From the NCBI RefSeq assembly GCF_009914755.1, contig NC_060931.1: a stretch of 64,000 nucleotides of DNA; one strand, 5' to 3'. Position numbers and translations under genes: made by a program. Positions 1 to 12,470 of this stretch are shown in pieces. Each line of letters opens with the position of its first letter. The stretch's first letter is position 1. The notes below the pieces were generated by a model that saw nothing but the letters and a program-made list of their open reading frames with translations, was not told where the DNA came from and ran no database searches. This DNA is from the human T2T-CHM13v2.0 reference genome, Homo sapiens.

Positions 1-432
1 AGACTTTGGGAGATTGTTGGGAAGGCATGATTGGTTTTGAAATGTGAGGACATGAGATTTGGAGGGGCCAGGGGTGGAATGACATAGTTTAACTGTGTCC
101 CCACCCAAATCTCATCTTGAATTGTACTCCCATAATTCCCATGTGTTATGGGAGGGACTCGGTGGAAGATAATTTGAATCATGGGTGCAGTTTCCCCGAT
201 ACTGTTTTTGTGGTAGTGAATAAGTCTCACAAGATCTGGTGGTTTTATCAGGGGTGTCCGCTTTTGCATCTTTCTCATTTTCTCTTGCCACCGCCATGTA
301 AGAAGTGCCTTTCACCTCCCACCATGATTCTGAGGCCTCCCCAGCCATGAGGAACTGTAAGTCCAATTAAACCTCTTTTTCTTCTCAGTCTCAAGTATGT
401 TTTTATCGGCAGCATGAAAACAGATTAATATG
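1..432 (+). mobile_element. THE1 (ERVL-MaLR) element: 3' end of internal region (1-79) and 3' LTR (80-432)
   Basis: Purine tract ggaggggccaggggtggaa followed by tgacatagttt...tgtgtccccacccaaatctcatcttgaattgta, ending ...gcagcatgaaaacagattaata. Matches the recalled THE1 LTR consensus. Confidence 0.9.
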
Positions 433-3352
433 ATGTCTAAATCTCTTGCTAGACTTTGGAACTTTTCAGCTATTATTCTGCTAAATAGGTTTTTGAACAC
501 TTTTGTCCTCTCCTCACCTTCTGAGATAACAAAAATTCATATATCATTTGCTTTATAGTGTCCCATATGTTATGAATGCTTCATTCATTCTTTTTTATTC
601 TTTGTTTTTTCATTTTTGTCTGACTGGGTTATTTCAAAAGACCTGTCTTCAAGTTCTGAGATTCTTTCTTCTGCTTAATCTATTGTTGGAGCTTTCAAAT
701 ATATTTTGTAGTTCATTAAATGAACTCTTCAGTTCTAGAATTTCCATTTGCTCTTTTTTATCATATTTTTCTCTTTGGTAAATTTCTCATTCATATCCTG
801 AATTATTTTTTCTGATTTCTTTGTATTGTTTTTCAGCATTCTCCTGTATCTTGCTGAGCTCCTTTAAAATCAGTATTTTGAATTCTTTTTCTGGGATTTT
901 GTGAAATTTTTTTGATTGGGATCTGTTGCTGGAGAATTATTTTATTCCTTTGGGGGTGTCATATTTCTTGCTCTTTCATGTTTTCTGTGTCCCTACATAT
1001 CTATGCATCTATGTCTTCTTTGAATTTTTTGAATTTTCTTTTGAGTTTAGGGCTTTTTCCTAAAAATTTATCTATGATGTTTGTTGGGGCCATTTGGCTT
1101 TGATTCTGAATGTGTGCAGTAGTGTAGTCTCTATATGATTTCTTTGCCTACAAACAATGTTAGTGGTATCTGTGATTTCCTCAGTGGCTTAGGGTCATTA
1201 GTGGAGGCTATGGTGGAGATTTTCTGGGAAAAGGGATTGCAGGTAGGTCAGTCTTCAGGCCCAAGTGGTTGCAGCAGTAGGCTGAGTATACCTGTCCTTT
1301 AGCCCCCTGGGTGGTGTATGCTGGCACTGGTGTTAGTTGTCCAGTTGAGCCAATTATCAGGCCTCCACATGTCTTGCCCAGATGCTGGTAATGGCAGTGG
1401 TGAGCCAGGTGGGTGTACTGGTTTTCAGCCCCATGTGCAGACAGCATGGTGTGGGCCATGGCAGTAGCAGTGGTAAGATGACTGTCTTATTCCTGAGCAG
1501 TGCTCACTGGTGTTGGCAGTGGCTGTGATTGGCTGAGCAGACCCCTCCCCGAGCTCCTAGATGGCACATGTGAGTGTGTGTTTGTGCTGTTGGCAGCAAG
1601 GTGAGTGGGCCCATCTTCAGGTTCCTAGGGGGATAAAATAGATGGTATAGGTGGTGGAATAGATAGAATAATCACCAAGTCCTTGGGTGGTGTGCTCAGG
1701 CTTGGAGGTGTGGTGCCAATTTGGGAGTGTCTGTCCTCAGGCGCCTGATGGTGTGCAGGGGGATAGGCTGTAGTAGGCAGGTTGAGACAGTCTGTGATGG
1801 TTGGTGTGGATACCTGACCTTAGGGCTTGTACTAGAAAGCATAGTGGCCCTGCTGTTTGTATGGGTAGGTTGCTATCAGCAGTCTCCTACAAGCAGCTCT
1901 CAGGCTCTGGGAAGTGAATATTTAATCTCTGGCAGCAGCAGTGACTGCAGTGGTGAGTGTGAGGAGCCTGATTTGAGGATGTGCACTAGAGTACAGAACC
2001 CGTGCTGCTGGTATGGGCTGGATTGGCACAGGGAGTCTCCAGTTCTAGGTTGCACTTGTTTCAGCTCCCTGCTGCAGTAGTGGCTTCAGCACTGTGCAGA
2101 AGATGGAGATGAGGATCCCACCCTCTATTGGTAGCCAGAGCACATGACCATACTGCAGGGGGACAGGGTCACCACCCACAACCCAAACATGTAGCTCTCA
2201 GACTTATTTGCTCTTGGAGGCAGCAGCTGCAACAGCACCATGCAGAAGTGAGAAAGAACCCCACCCTCTGTGAGTGAGCTTTAACACAGGCCACACTGCT
2301 AATGGGGACATGGTTGCAACTCACAGCCCCAGACAAGCAGCCCTCTCTTGCCCATCCAGCCCCTAGTGGCAGCAAGAGCAGCTGCAGCTGCAGTGAAATG
2401 CAGAGAAGGAAAGAGATCCCATTCTCTATACATAAATCCTAGCACAGAGTCCACTCTGCCAGCAGGGTTGTGGTCACTCCTTCCAGCTCCAGTCAGACAG
2501 CTCTCAGACCCGCTTGCCTTGGCTCCCAGTGGCAACAACTGCTATGGCACTGTGCACATGTAGAGGGAAAGATCCCACTCTCTCACTGTGAACCCAAGTA
2601 CAATATGTGACACAGTTAGAGGTGGAGTCACTTATCAAAGCCCCAGAAAGAAAGCTCATCAGCTCTGGAAAGCATGTAATTTGGCTTCCTTTGTGCCCAG
2701 TGGCCACCTCCTTGGTGTGCTGCACCATTTTTTTTCCCCAGGGAGTAGTACTCTGTTGGACTAAAGTACTGGGGACCCCAAGCATCTTTGGGCTCAGCCA
2801 ATGCTGTGCCTCCGTAGCCCTCTGGGTGGACACCAGGGGATATAAACAGAGGTTCCCAGGATGTGGAGATGGGACAGCTGTTGTTCCCAGAGCAGGATGC
2901 AGAATGGTGATGGCTAGGCTCTCACAGTGGTGCCATGCTGTAGCCACTTAGATCTCAGGAGTGTGTGTGACCCAGTGCATTTTCTATCTGGTACAATGCC
3001 CTCATTGGGTCTCCAGATGAACACCCACACTAGTCTTAGGGTTAATGTGGGTACAGGAGCTCTCCAATGGTTGGGATTGCAGCAGTCCACAGTGAGGATG
3101 TAAGCCAATGAGGGTATCCCACTTACCCTTTCTCTGCAAAAAGGAGCCCCTATGGGCTCACAGCCAATCTTGGCCAAGCTAACCCCTTGCTTTCTTCCCC
3201 TTCTGTGTCTCAGATATTTCTCTTTTGGACTCCGGTGTTCTCTACTAGATGTTTTATCTGAAATGTGATTATCTATTTGGTTAAGTTTTGTTTCTTCTGT
3301 CTGGAGAAGGCAAGTGCCCGATGCCTCTAGTCAGCATCTTGAAGCTGTCTCT
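433..3352 (-). mobile_element. Old LINE-1 (L1M/L1PB-like) 5' end: 5'UTR (~3352-1130) and decayed ORF1 (~1130-433)
   Basis: The minus strand starts agagacagcttcaagatgctgactagaggcatc (old L1 5' terminus), then a GC-richer UTR, then A-rich ORF1-like sequence (T-rich on +). Confidence 0.75.
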
Positions 3353-3364
3353 ACATTCAAGATA

Positions 3365-4447
3365 TTTCTAATTTATTGATGCGGATATTTATTGCTGTAA
3401 ACTTCCTTCTTAGAACTGCTTTTGCTGTATCCCATAGGTTTTGGTGTGTTGTATTTCCATTTTCATTTGTTTCAATAAATTTTTAAATTTTTTCTTTGCC
3501 TCATTTGTTATTCAAGAGCGTGTTGCTTAATTTCCATGTATTTGTATAGTTTCCAAAGTTCTTTCTGTTATTGATTTCTAGTTTTATTCCACTGTAGTCA
3601 GAAAAGATACTTTCTATGTTTTTAATCCTTTTTAATTTGTTTAGACTTGCTTTGTGGCCTAACTTATGATCTATCCTGGAGACGGTTACATTTGCGAATG
3701 AGAAGAACATACATTGTTAGTTACTGGGTGGAATGTTCTGTAAACGTCTGTTAGGTTTATTTGCTCTAGAATGCAGTTTAACTTTGATACTTCTTCATGG
3801 ATTTTGTCTAGAAGTTCTGTTTATTTCTAAAAGTGGAGTTTTGAGGTCCCTTACTATTATTGTATTGCTGTCTATCTCTCCCTTTAGATCAAATAATATT
3901 TGTTTTATATATTTGGGTGCTGGATGCACATATATTTGCTATTGTTATATCTTCTTCCTTAATATACTTCTTAATCATTATGTAATGGCCTTCTTTGTCT
4001 CTTTTTACATTTTTTTATTTGAAGTCTATTTTATCTGAAATAAGTATAGTTACTTCTGTTTAGCTTTGGTTTCCATTTGTATGGAACATCATTTTCTATC
4101 CCTTCATTTTCAGTCTATGTGTGTCTTTACAGGTGAAGTGAGGTTCTTGTAGGTAGCAAATAATTGAGTCCTTTTTTAATCCATTCAGTCAATCTACGTT
4201 TTTTAATTGGGGAAATTAACTTGTTTACCCTGAAAGTTATTGTTAACACTTGAAGACATACTCTCTGATTTTGTTAATTGTTTTCTGGTTGTTTTGTATA
4301 TATTATTTTTTCTTTCTTCCCTTCTCATTGTTTATCTTTGTGGCTTGGTTGTTTTCTGTAGTGATAAACTTTGATTCCTTTCTCTTTTTCATTTGTGTAT
4401 CTACTGTCATTTTTTTCTTTCTGATTAGTATGGGGCTTACATTTTAT
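3365..4447 (-). mobile_element. LINE-1 fragment with decayed ORF2 endonuclease domain
   Basis: ORF 3501..3710(-) RIDHKLGHKASLNKLKRIKNIESIFSDYSGIKLEINNRKNFGNYTNTWKLSNTLLNN resembles the C-terminal part of the L1 ORF2p endonuclease (RIDH...SDH motifs). Confidence 0.9.
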
Positions 4448-5989
4448 TGAAATCTACCCATTATATGACCTTCTTTCATAAACTGTTTCTTCTCCTTTAT
4501 TCCTTATTTTGGTTAATAAACTGCAATATATGTGAAACAAAGCTCAAGATATTAGATTTGCTAAGTAGCTCATAAGAACAACCTCCCTTTCTCATCTTCA
4601 TGCTACATCTTTGTTTAGGTTTTTTATCATGTCACCTAAATCGTTGCTATGTTGGGTTTGGGCTTTTTTTTTTTTTTTTGGCTTAGCTTTCATTTTTTAT
4701 TTTGAGGCCACCCTCCATACTGCTATCACACTGATCTTTCTGAAATACAAATAACTTGCTAACCATTTTCCTGTTCAAAATATTTTATTTGTTCCCTTTT
4801 CCCTCTTGGATGAATTTAAAACTTCTTAGTGTGGCATAAAAGACTTTTAATACTATAACTCCAATTTTTCTAGTTTTTCCTATCATATCATTTTTCACTG
4901 TCTCCTCACAGAGAAGCTATGCTCCTTTTACATGCTTCTTGTTTTTCTCTCAATATGGCATAGCCCTTTATAAAATAAAAATATTTATAAGAGTATTTGG
5001 AAAACAATCCATCACTGCAAAATATTACAAATTTTTGAAAATGGACATTTTCAACATATATGAAGAGTAGTTTCCTTTCATTCATAGTAGTTTCCCTTCA
5101 CTTGCAACTTTAGCATATTGAAAATTAACATTTAGAATTTTGATGATCCTCTATTTTGATTTTATTATGAAACAACACAAAATTCTAGCACAAGAGAAGG
5201 AAATTCATCCTCACCTCAGGTCCTTATTTCCCAGGAACCAGCATTGTTGTACTATTTCTACTTCACCAAATATATTCTGATTGGTAATTAGCCTTTCCAA
5301 GGAGATTCTGAATTCATTGAATCATCCAGTAACATATTGATAATGTCATTAAATCTGAGAAGTGTAATAATGATTTCCATGTCACTGGTTAGCTGGTCAG
5401 CAAAAAAGCAAATGCATGATTCTCATCTATAAGTTTCAATAGCAGTAATTACAATGTACTCATGATGGTTTAGGCAGCCATAGATATCCTAGAAATAGGC
5501 AATGACAAATTTCACATACTTTCTACTTCTAGGTCAAATGTTATTGCCTTCCTTTACCACCTGGAATGTTTCTACTTACCTCTCAAGATCGATCCAAATA
5601 ACAGCTTTTGACATCATGTCTATTTTCTTGATAAAGCTAGCTGACCAATCTCCTTGCTTCTCATAATACTTGCAATATCTATCCTATTACACAGGTTTTA
5701 TTTTTGGCTTTTATGTTTGTCTTTTAAGTAGGTTACTTAAGGACATGGATTTTACATCAATCATTTAAAAAATTACCAGCCCTTAGTGCACTGACTGCTG
5801 TGACAAAGGTGCTGAATAAATATTTGCAGCAATGATATTTTTTTCCTTCTCCTCCATACATATTCCCTGTCATTTCTGAGCTTTTTCCTGCTTCATAAAT
5901 TTTTCAAAGATTAACTTGTCCTGGAGAGAAAATGTTGAGTACACCATTGCTATAGTGACAAGCTTCACCTATTTCCATGTGTGTTGCAG

Positions 5990-6445
5990 ATTCCTCCATG
6001 TGAAAATGCCCCCCACATAATATACCATGAGTCTCAGAGAGGCACAAGAGATAGGGATATTGCAAAGAGGCTGCAATATCCTTCACGACAGGATCTCAAC
6101 TCCAAATGGAAAAAAAGTGTTCTGCAACCTCCACAATGTAAAATGAAAGTTAATGTATGGGAAATAAAGCCTCCTGATTTTAGCTACAAACTGTATACAT
6201 CTTTGAGAATTCCAGAAAGATCATCAAAACCAATTAAGGAAGAAAAAAGGAGGAAAAAAATCAGTTTTCCAGAAACAATGCTTCACTTGCCCAGCATAAG
6301 GAATCATCCTAAGGAGGTTACAGCTCCTAAATTTATAACTACATTTCCACATCTGGATTTACAAAAAGCAAAGTTAATGTTTGTGAAGAGTGGACAATAT
6401 CCAAGGGGTGTATATGTCAATCCCAAACCACATGACTTTCGACAG
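5990..6445 (+). CDS. C7orf78: Uncharacterised basic protein, coding exon A (456 nt, phase 0/0)
   Basis: Acceptor ttgcag|ATT and donor CAG|gtaaaa. 152 open codons (IPPCENAPH...PKPHDFRQ) in AT-rich non-repeat DNA, with an in-frame ATG at 6143. Symbol from recalled position upstream of SCIN. Confidence 0.8.
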
Positions 6446-7096
6446 GTAAAAAAGAGCATTTGAATAAAAACTATTTAAGATAGATAAGGGGAACTATGTA
6501 TTATTTTTTATTCATTTCTTAATGAGAAAAACTATTACATATAGGAAAATGGTATGTGTATATAATGTGTATAATGCTGCCTTTTTTTCTCATGGTACAA
6601 TACAATTCACATTTAGCAATAAATGATAGAACAGAGAGGTAAGAACCTGATTGATTCTGATGAGGTTTTATCTGCCAGGTCAAGTGGCCAACTCTGAGAT
6701 AGGCTTTCTTAGGTTTCAAGAGAACAGGTTGGGTTTAGATATGATTGGAGAACAGACATCAGTTGCCAGGAGTTTATAACCTACTACTAATAAAATAAAT
6801 TTGTGGAATAAATTGGTGAATGAATGAAAATAGTTAAAAAGGGATATTCTATTACTTTAATGAATCTTTTGGATGATTAATAATTTAAATAATATATGGG
6901 CAATAATTAGATTTATAATTTAAAAGTGTGATGAAGTATATGGAGATGCAGATAAGGTCAAATATTTATGCAAAATATAATTCCACTAAAATGTGAATAT
7001 ATTCTGTTCTCAGATCTATAATTTAGAACATAAATGTGACTTGCTAGGCAAAGAGTTAAACAGTAGAACTGATAGAACAGGATCTAGAAATAGTGA

Positions 7097-7275
7097 GATA
7101 AAAGAATAAGTGTATTCCAGTGGGAAAATGTAGAATAGTAGTTAAGAGCATGGCTTCTAAGATCAGAGTATCCCTGTTCTTTTATTTTCTAATAACTTTA
7201 GACAAGATACTAAGCCTTTTTGATTATTTATAATGTGGGTTAATAATGCTACATACTTTTTATGGTTATTTTAAG
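7097..7275 (+). repeat. 179-bp MIR-like segment, copy 1 of a dispersed direct duplication
   Basis: Matches 12271-12449 with 7 substitutions counted by eye. Confidence 0.95.
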
Positions 7276-7421
7276 CAACGAACGAAACAGTATATGCAAA
7301 GCACAACAGAATCTGAAATGTTGAGGTATTCGATGAATGTTAACTCTATGAGCTATTAGGATAAAATTTGGAAAATACAGGGAGCTATAGTCAATAACTC
7401 TCTTTACTTATTCAGGGCATC

Positions 7422-7548
7422 TAAATATTTTCATTCATAGTAAATAATATATGTTACCTTTTAGAGATGAGGGAGGTCATGTAAATATTTCCATTCATAG
7501 TAAATAACATATGTTACCTTTTGGAGATGAGGGAGGTCATTTAAATAT
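7422..7548 (+). repeat. 60-bp tandem duplication
   Basis: taaatattt(t/c)cattcatagtaaataa(t/c)atatgttacctttt(a/g)gagatgagggaggtcat occurs twice. Confidence 0.95.
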
Positions 7549-7581
7549 TAAATGTTACTGGTTTATTTAAATACCTTACTA

Positions 7582-7872
<291 letters not shown>

Positions 7873-8838
7873 TTACTAATAACAGACTTAAAAACTTGAG
7901 TAAATAAAATTCACGGAATAAGGAATATTTTTATTTTAGCTGAATTAACTTGCTTCTATAAATGACTGAATTGGAGGCAGAGTGTTATAAATTGTGTAAC
8001 CACCAGATGTCAGTATTGTTACAAATTAAACCTCAGTGAAGGCTTTTTGAAACGAACTTGGTCTCATGTTGTATTCAATTAAAGAGAGAAAAATCTTGTA
8101 TTAGAGAATCTCCTTCTTTGGAACTTTTAATATTGTTCTATACGCTTGTGGCAGGTCACTCATTAAGAATATAACCCTGTTTAATTTCTGCTTGGTACCC
8201 TCACTGTTTTGTGCCACGTTTACTTAGCTTTTGAGTAGAGACCTTTGTGATGTTTTATTTGATCAGTTCTTGGAGTGTACAAATTCTATTTCAGTTCAAA
8301 TTGGTTCAATTAAACCACTAAAAAATCTGCTTTGGTAGTAGCTTATAAAAAAACAGTAACTCTCTTCCAGGCTTGATAAATTATTTAGCTTTGTTCAATG
8401 TTTTTGCTATGTGTCTGAAAGAAGTTCAGCTCCAGAAAAATAATATGCAATTCTATGTGTCATAAATTACAATCAAGTTTAAGATTAGGTTGCTAAGTTT
8501 AAGATTGCAAGTTTAAGATTAGGTTAACTAATCTAAATTTTGAATAGACTCCCTTAATTCCACACTGTTTAAGATGCTAATTCTGATCACTTCACAAAAG
8601 GGTAATTGAAGTACTCCTCTCTACCACAAAAATGAATTGTTTATACACTATTTAAATCTTAGATCATTTTTTCAAATTTTCATAAACAAGTTTTAAATGC
8701 TACATTTGAATGCCACAACAAAATCATCAAAATTACGTTTTACCAAGGAAATATTTAATATTAGGAAAAATCAAACTCCAACTACAATGAGAAACAATAT
8801 GTATTAATAATATTGCAATCTTTCCTTTACATATCTAG

Positions 8839-8923
8839 TACCAACCTGGTTTACCAAACTTTGAGACAACTTATGAAAAGGACCCCTTTGGATTAAAATT
8901 TAAATCACAACACTTAAGTACAG
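8839..8923 (+). CDS. C7orf78: Same gene, coding exon B (85 nt, phase 0/1)
   Basis: tttcctttacatatctag|TAC ... ACAG|gtaagc. Encodes YQPGLPNFETTYEKDPFGLKFKSQHLST in frame with exon A. Confidence 0.8.
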
Positions 8924-9159
8924 GTAAGCTGTTAAGATGTTATGAATATTGGAAAAAAAACTCTGCATTCCATATTAGTAGTAGTAAATTCATAGGCTTA
9001 AAACTAAATAGGTGGATTTTATTATCACCTTTAATAATACGGTAAATTTTTTAATGTCCTTTTAATTATTTGCAACAATACGTTTACTTTTCTACCACAA
9101 CTGTTACTATATTATTAAAGATAATATTTGTAAATCAATGTCTCATGTATAGAGAATAA

Positions 9160-9360
9160 ATAGAGTGTAATGCTTAAGGGAATAAACTCTGGAGCCCAGC
9201 TGTGCAACTTTGAATCTTGGCTTCACTGCCCCAAATCACCTAAACTGTCTATCTATTGGTTTCCTTATCTGGAAATGCAGATGATAACAACTGAATCTAC
9301 ATCATAGAATTACTGTGAGCATTAAATCTGCTAAAAGCACTTAGTAATGTATTAAAAAAC
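9160..9360 (+). mobile_element. MIR fragment
   Basis: actctggagcc...ttgaatcttggcttcactgc...tttccttatctggaaatgcagatgataaca (MIR core-like). Confidence 0.65.
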
Positions 9361-9685
9361 ACATGGAAATAACATACACACATGCATGCTATAATTACTG
9401 TTATGGTGCCATTTGTTAAGTGTTAATTCAGAGTTAATTTGTATTATTTAGCATTTCTTATTTGGATTAGGAGGGACAATATCTGAATGCTATATTTACA
9501 TATTATAATTATATATAAATTAACCAATAAGATGTTAACAGTGTTTGTCTCTGGATAGTGAGATCACAGTTACATTTTATTTCCTCTTTTTCAAAATAAC
9601 GAGCAAATAATTTTATACCTGTAAAACTAAGATAATTTATTTACAAATATTGTACACATTTTAGCATGTGTTATACTTATAAAAG

Positions 9686-11585
9686 TGTCATCTAGCTGTG
9701 TAATTGAAATGGAACATGTCAACTTTCCTAGTATATGCTATGTGTCACTCACTTTGGTAGAAAATGCCATCTAGCTGTGTAATTGAAATGGAACATGTCA
9801 ACTTTCCTAGTATATGCTATGTGTCACTCACTTTCGTAGAAAATGCCATCTAGCTGTGTAATTGAAATGGAACATCTCTACTTTCCTAGTATATGCTATG
9901 TGTCACTCACTTTGGTAGAAAATGCCGTCTAGCTGTGTAACTGAAATGGAACATGTCTACTTTCCTAGTATATGCTATGTGTCACTCACTTTGGTAGAAA
10001 ATGCCATCTAGCTGTGTAACTGAAATGGAACATGTCAGCTTTCCTAGTATATGCTATGTGTCACTCACTATGGTAGAAAATGCCACCTAGCTGTGTAATT
10101 GAAATGGAACATGTCAGCTTTCCTAGTATATGCTATGTGTCACTCACTTTGGTAGAAAATGCCACCTAGCTGTGTAATTGAAATGGAACATGTCAGCTTT
10201 CCTAGTATATGCTATGTGTCACTCACTATGGTAGAAAATGCCACCTAGCTGTGTAATTCAAATGGAACATGTCAGCTTTCCTAGTATATGCTATGTGTCA
10301 CTCACTTTGGTAGAAAATGCCATCTAGCTGTGTAATTGAAATGGAACATGTCAGCTTTCCTAGTATATGCTGTGTGTCACTCACTTTGGTAGAAAATGCC
10401 ATCTAGCTGTGTAATTGAAATGGAACATATCTACTTTCCTAGTATATGCTATGTGTCACTCACTTTGATAGAAAATGCCATCTAGCTGTGTAATTGAAAT
10501 GGAACATGTCAGCTTTCCTAGTATATGCTGTGTGTCACTCACTTTGGTAGAAAATGCCATCTAGTTGTGTAATTGAAATGGAACATGTCAGCTTTCCTAG
10601 TATATGCTAAGTGTCACTCACTTTGGTAGAAAATGCCATCTAGCTGTGTAATTGAAATGGAACATGTCAGCTTTCCTAGTATATGCTATGTGTCACTCAC
10701 TTTGGTAGAAAATGCCATCTAGCTGTGTAATTGAAATGGAACATGTCTACTTTCCTAGTATATGCTATGTGTCACTCACTTTCGTAGAAAATGCCATCTA
10801 GCTGTGTAATTGAAATGGAACATGTCAGCTTTCCTAGTATATGCTATGTGTCACTCACTTTGGTAGAAAATGCCATCTAGCTGTGTAATTGAAATGGAAC
10901 ATATCAGCTTCCTAGTATATGCTATGTGTCACTCACTTTGATAGAAAATGCCATCTAGCTGTGTAATTGAAATGGAACATGTCAGCTTTCCTAGTATATG
11001 CTAAGTGTCACTCACTTTGGTAGAAAATGCCATCTAGCTGTGTAATTGAAATGGAACATGTCAGCTTTCCTAGTATATGCTGTGTGTCACTCACTTTGGT
11101 AGAAAATGCCATCTAGCTGTGTAATTGAAATGGAACATGTCAGCTTTCCTAGTATATGCTATGTGTCACTCACTTTGGTAGAAAATGCCATCTAGCTGTG
11201 TAATTGAAATGGAACATGTCTACTTTCCTAGTATATGCTATGTGTCACTCACTTTGGTAGAAAATGCCATCTAGCTGTGTAATTGAAATGGAACATATCT
11301 ACTTTCCTAGTATATGCTATGTGTCACTCACTTTGGTAGAAAATGCCATCTAGCTGTGTAATTGAAATGGAACATGTCAGCTTTCCTAGTATATGCTATG
11401 TGTCACTCACTTTGGTAGAAAATGCCATCTAGCTGTGTAATTGAAATGGAACATGTCAGCTTTCCTAGTATATGCTATGTGTCACTCACTTTGGTAGAAA
11501 ATGCCATCTAGCTGTGTAATTGAAATGGAAAATGTCAGCTTTCTTAGTATATGCTATGTGTCACTCACTTTGGTAGAAAATGCCA
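9686..11585. repeat. Minisatellite/VNTR: 24 tandem copies of a 79-bp unit
   Basis: Unit tgccatctagctgtgtaattgaaatggaacatgtcagctttcctagtatatgctatgtgtcactcactttggtagaaaa. Period 79 (9691 to 9770, last at 11507); one unit has a 1-bp deletion. Confidence 0.98.
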
Positions 11586-11920
11586 GAGATTCTTTGTAAG
11601 ACGCAGCCCCTGACTTCAAACATATTTTAAGGAAAACTTAAGGTAGAGTGCAAAATATACCATCCCACAGGAGACACTTTAGAACGATGGGTCCAGAGAA
11701 ATAAAAGGTGGGATTGGAGTTGGAGTTTGAAGAAAGACAAAATTAACTCCAGCAGGACTGGCAGAAAGAATAAGAAAAGTTTTGTTTAGATTTACATCTA
11801 TAAATTATCCAGCGACTTACCACTCCTGGGTCCTGATCTCCAAAAATGATACATCTGAGAGACATCATGAACAAAGACACGTGCCATTGCTAAGCCTCTC
11901 ATTTGTCTTCCTATCTCTAG

Positions 11921-12063
11921 TACATGGGTACCAGTTACCGAAAGATGATAAACAGAAGACTAGTACAGAAAGATTTATCACCCACAAGCATTGTGAATGC
12001 ACCTGGGATTCAAAACTAATTTTGACGAAAGCCCCATGGCCTGTTAGATCTGCTTCATATACA
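11921..12063 (+). CDS. C7orf78: Same gene, coding exon C (143 nt, phase 1/0)
   Basis: tttgtcttcctatctctag|TA ... ACA|gtgagt. Encodes VHGYQLPKDDKQKTSTERFITHKHCECTWDSKLILTKAPWPVRSASYT (part of ORF 11782..12129). Confidence 0.82.
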
Positions 12064-12270
12064 GTGAGTTTGACTTTCTCTATAGCTGTTGGAAAATGTC
12101 TCCAGCACTGTTGTCGACAATTGCTTTAGTGCAGGAGTTTTTTATTTGTTGTAGTGTAAAATATATTTCTGTCTTTAAAAATAAAGCATATAGCCGCTGC
12201 TTTTTTTGTGAAATACAAATAGTGGATTATCTAGAACTTTGGATTTTCTTTTCTTTTATTTCTAGATCTT

Positions 12271-12449
12271 GATAAAAGAATAAGTGTATTCCAGTGGGAA
12301 AATATAGAATAGTAGTTAAAAGCATGGCTTCTGAGATCAGAGTATCCCTGTTCTTTTACTTTCTAATAACTTTAGACAAGATACTAAGCCTTTTTCATTA
12401 TTTATAATGTCGGTTAGTAATGCTACATACTTTTTATGGTTATTTTAAG
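12271..12449 (+). repeat. 179-bp dispersed direct duplication, copy 2
   Basis: About 96% identical to 7097-7275. Confidence 0.95.
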
Positions 12450-12470
12450 TAATAGCTATAGGGAATACAG

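Noticed and set aside
1208-3177. Several 70-147 aa ORFs
   Set aside because: They lie within a decayed L1 5'UTR, with no splice-compatible structure or recognisable protein.
9686-11585. CRISPR-like array (units contain ATTGAAA)
   Set aside because: Units are contiguous near-identical 79-mers with no unique spacers, in a mammalian intron with no cas genes. It is a minisatellite.
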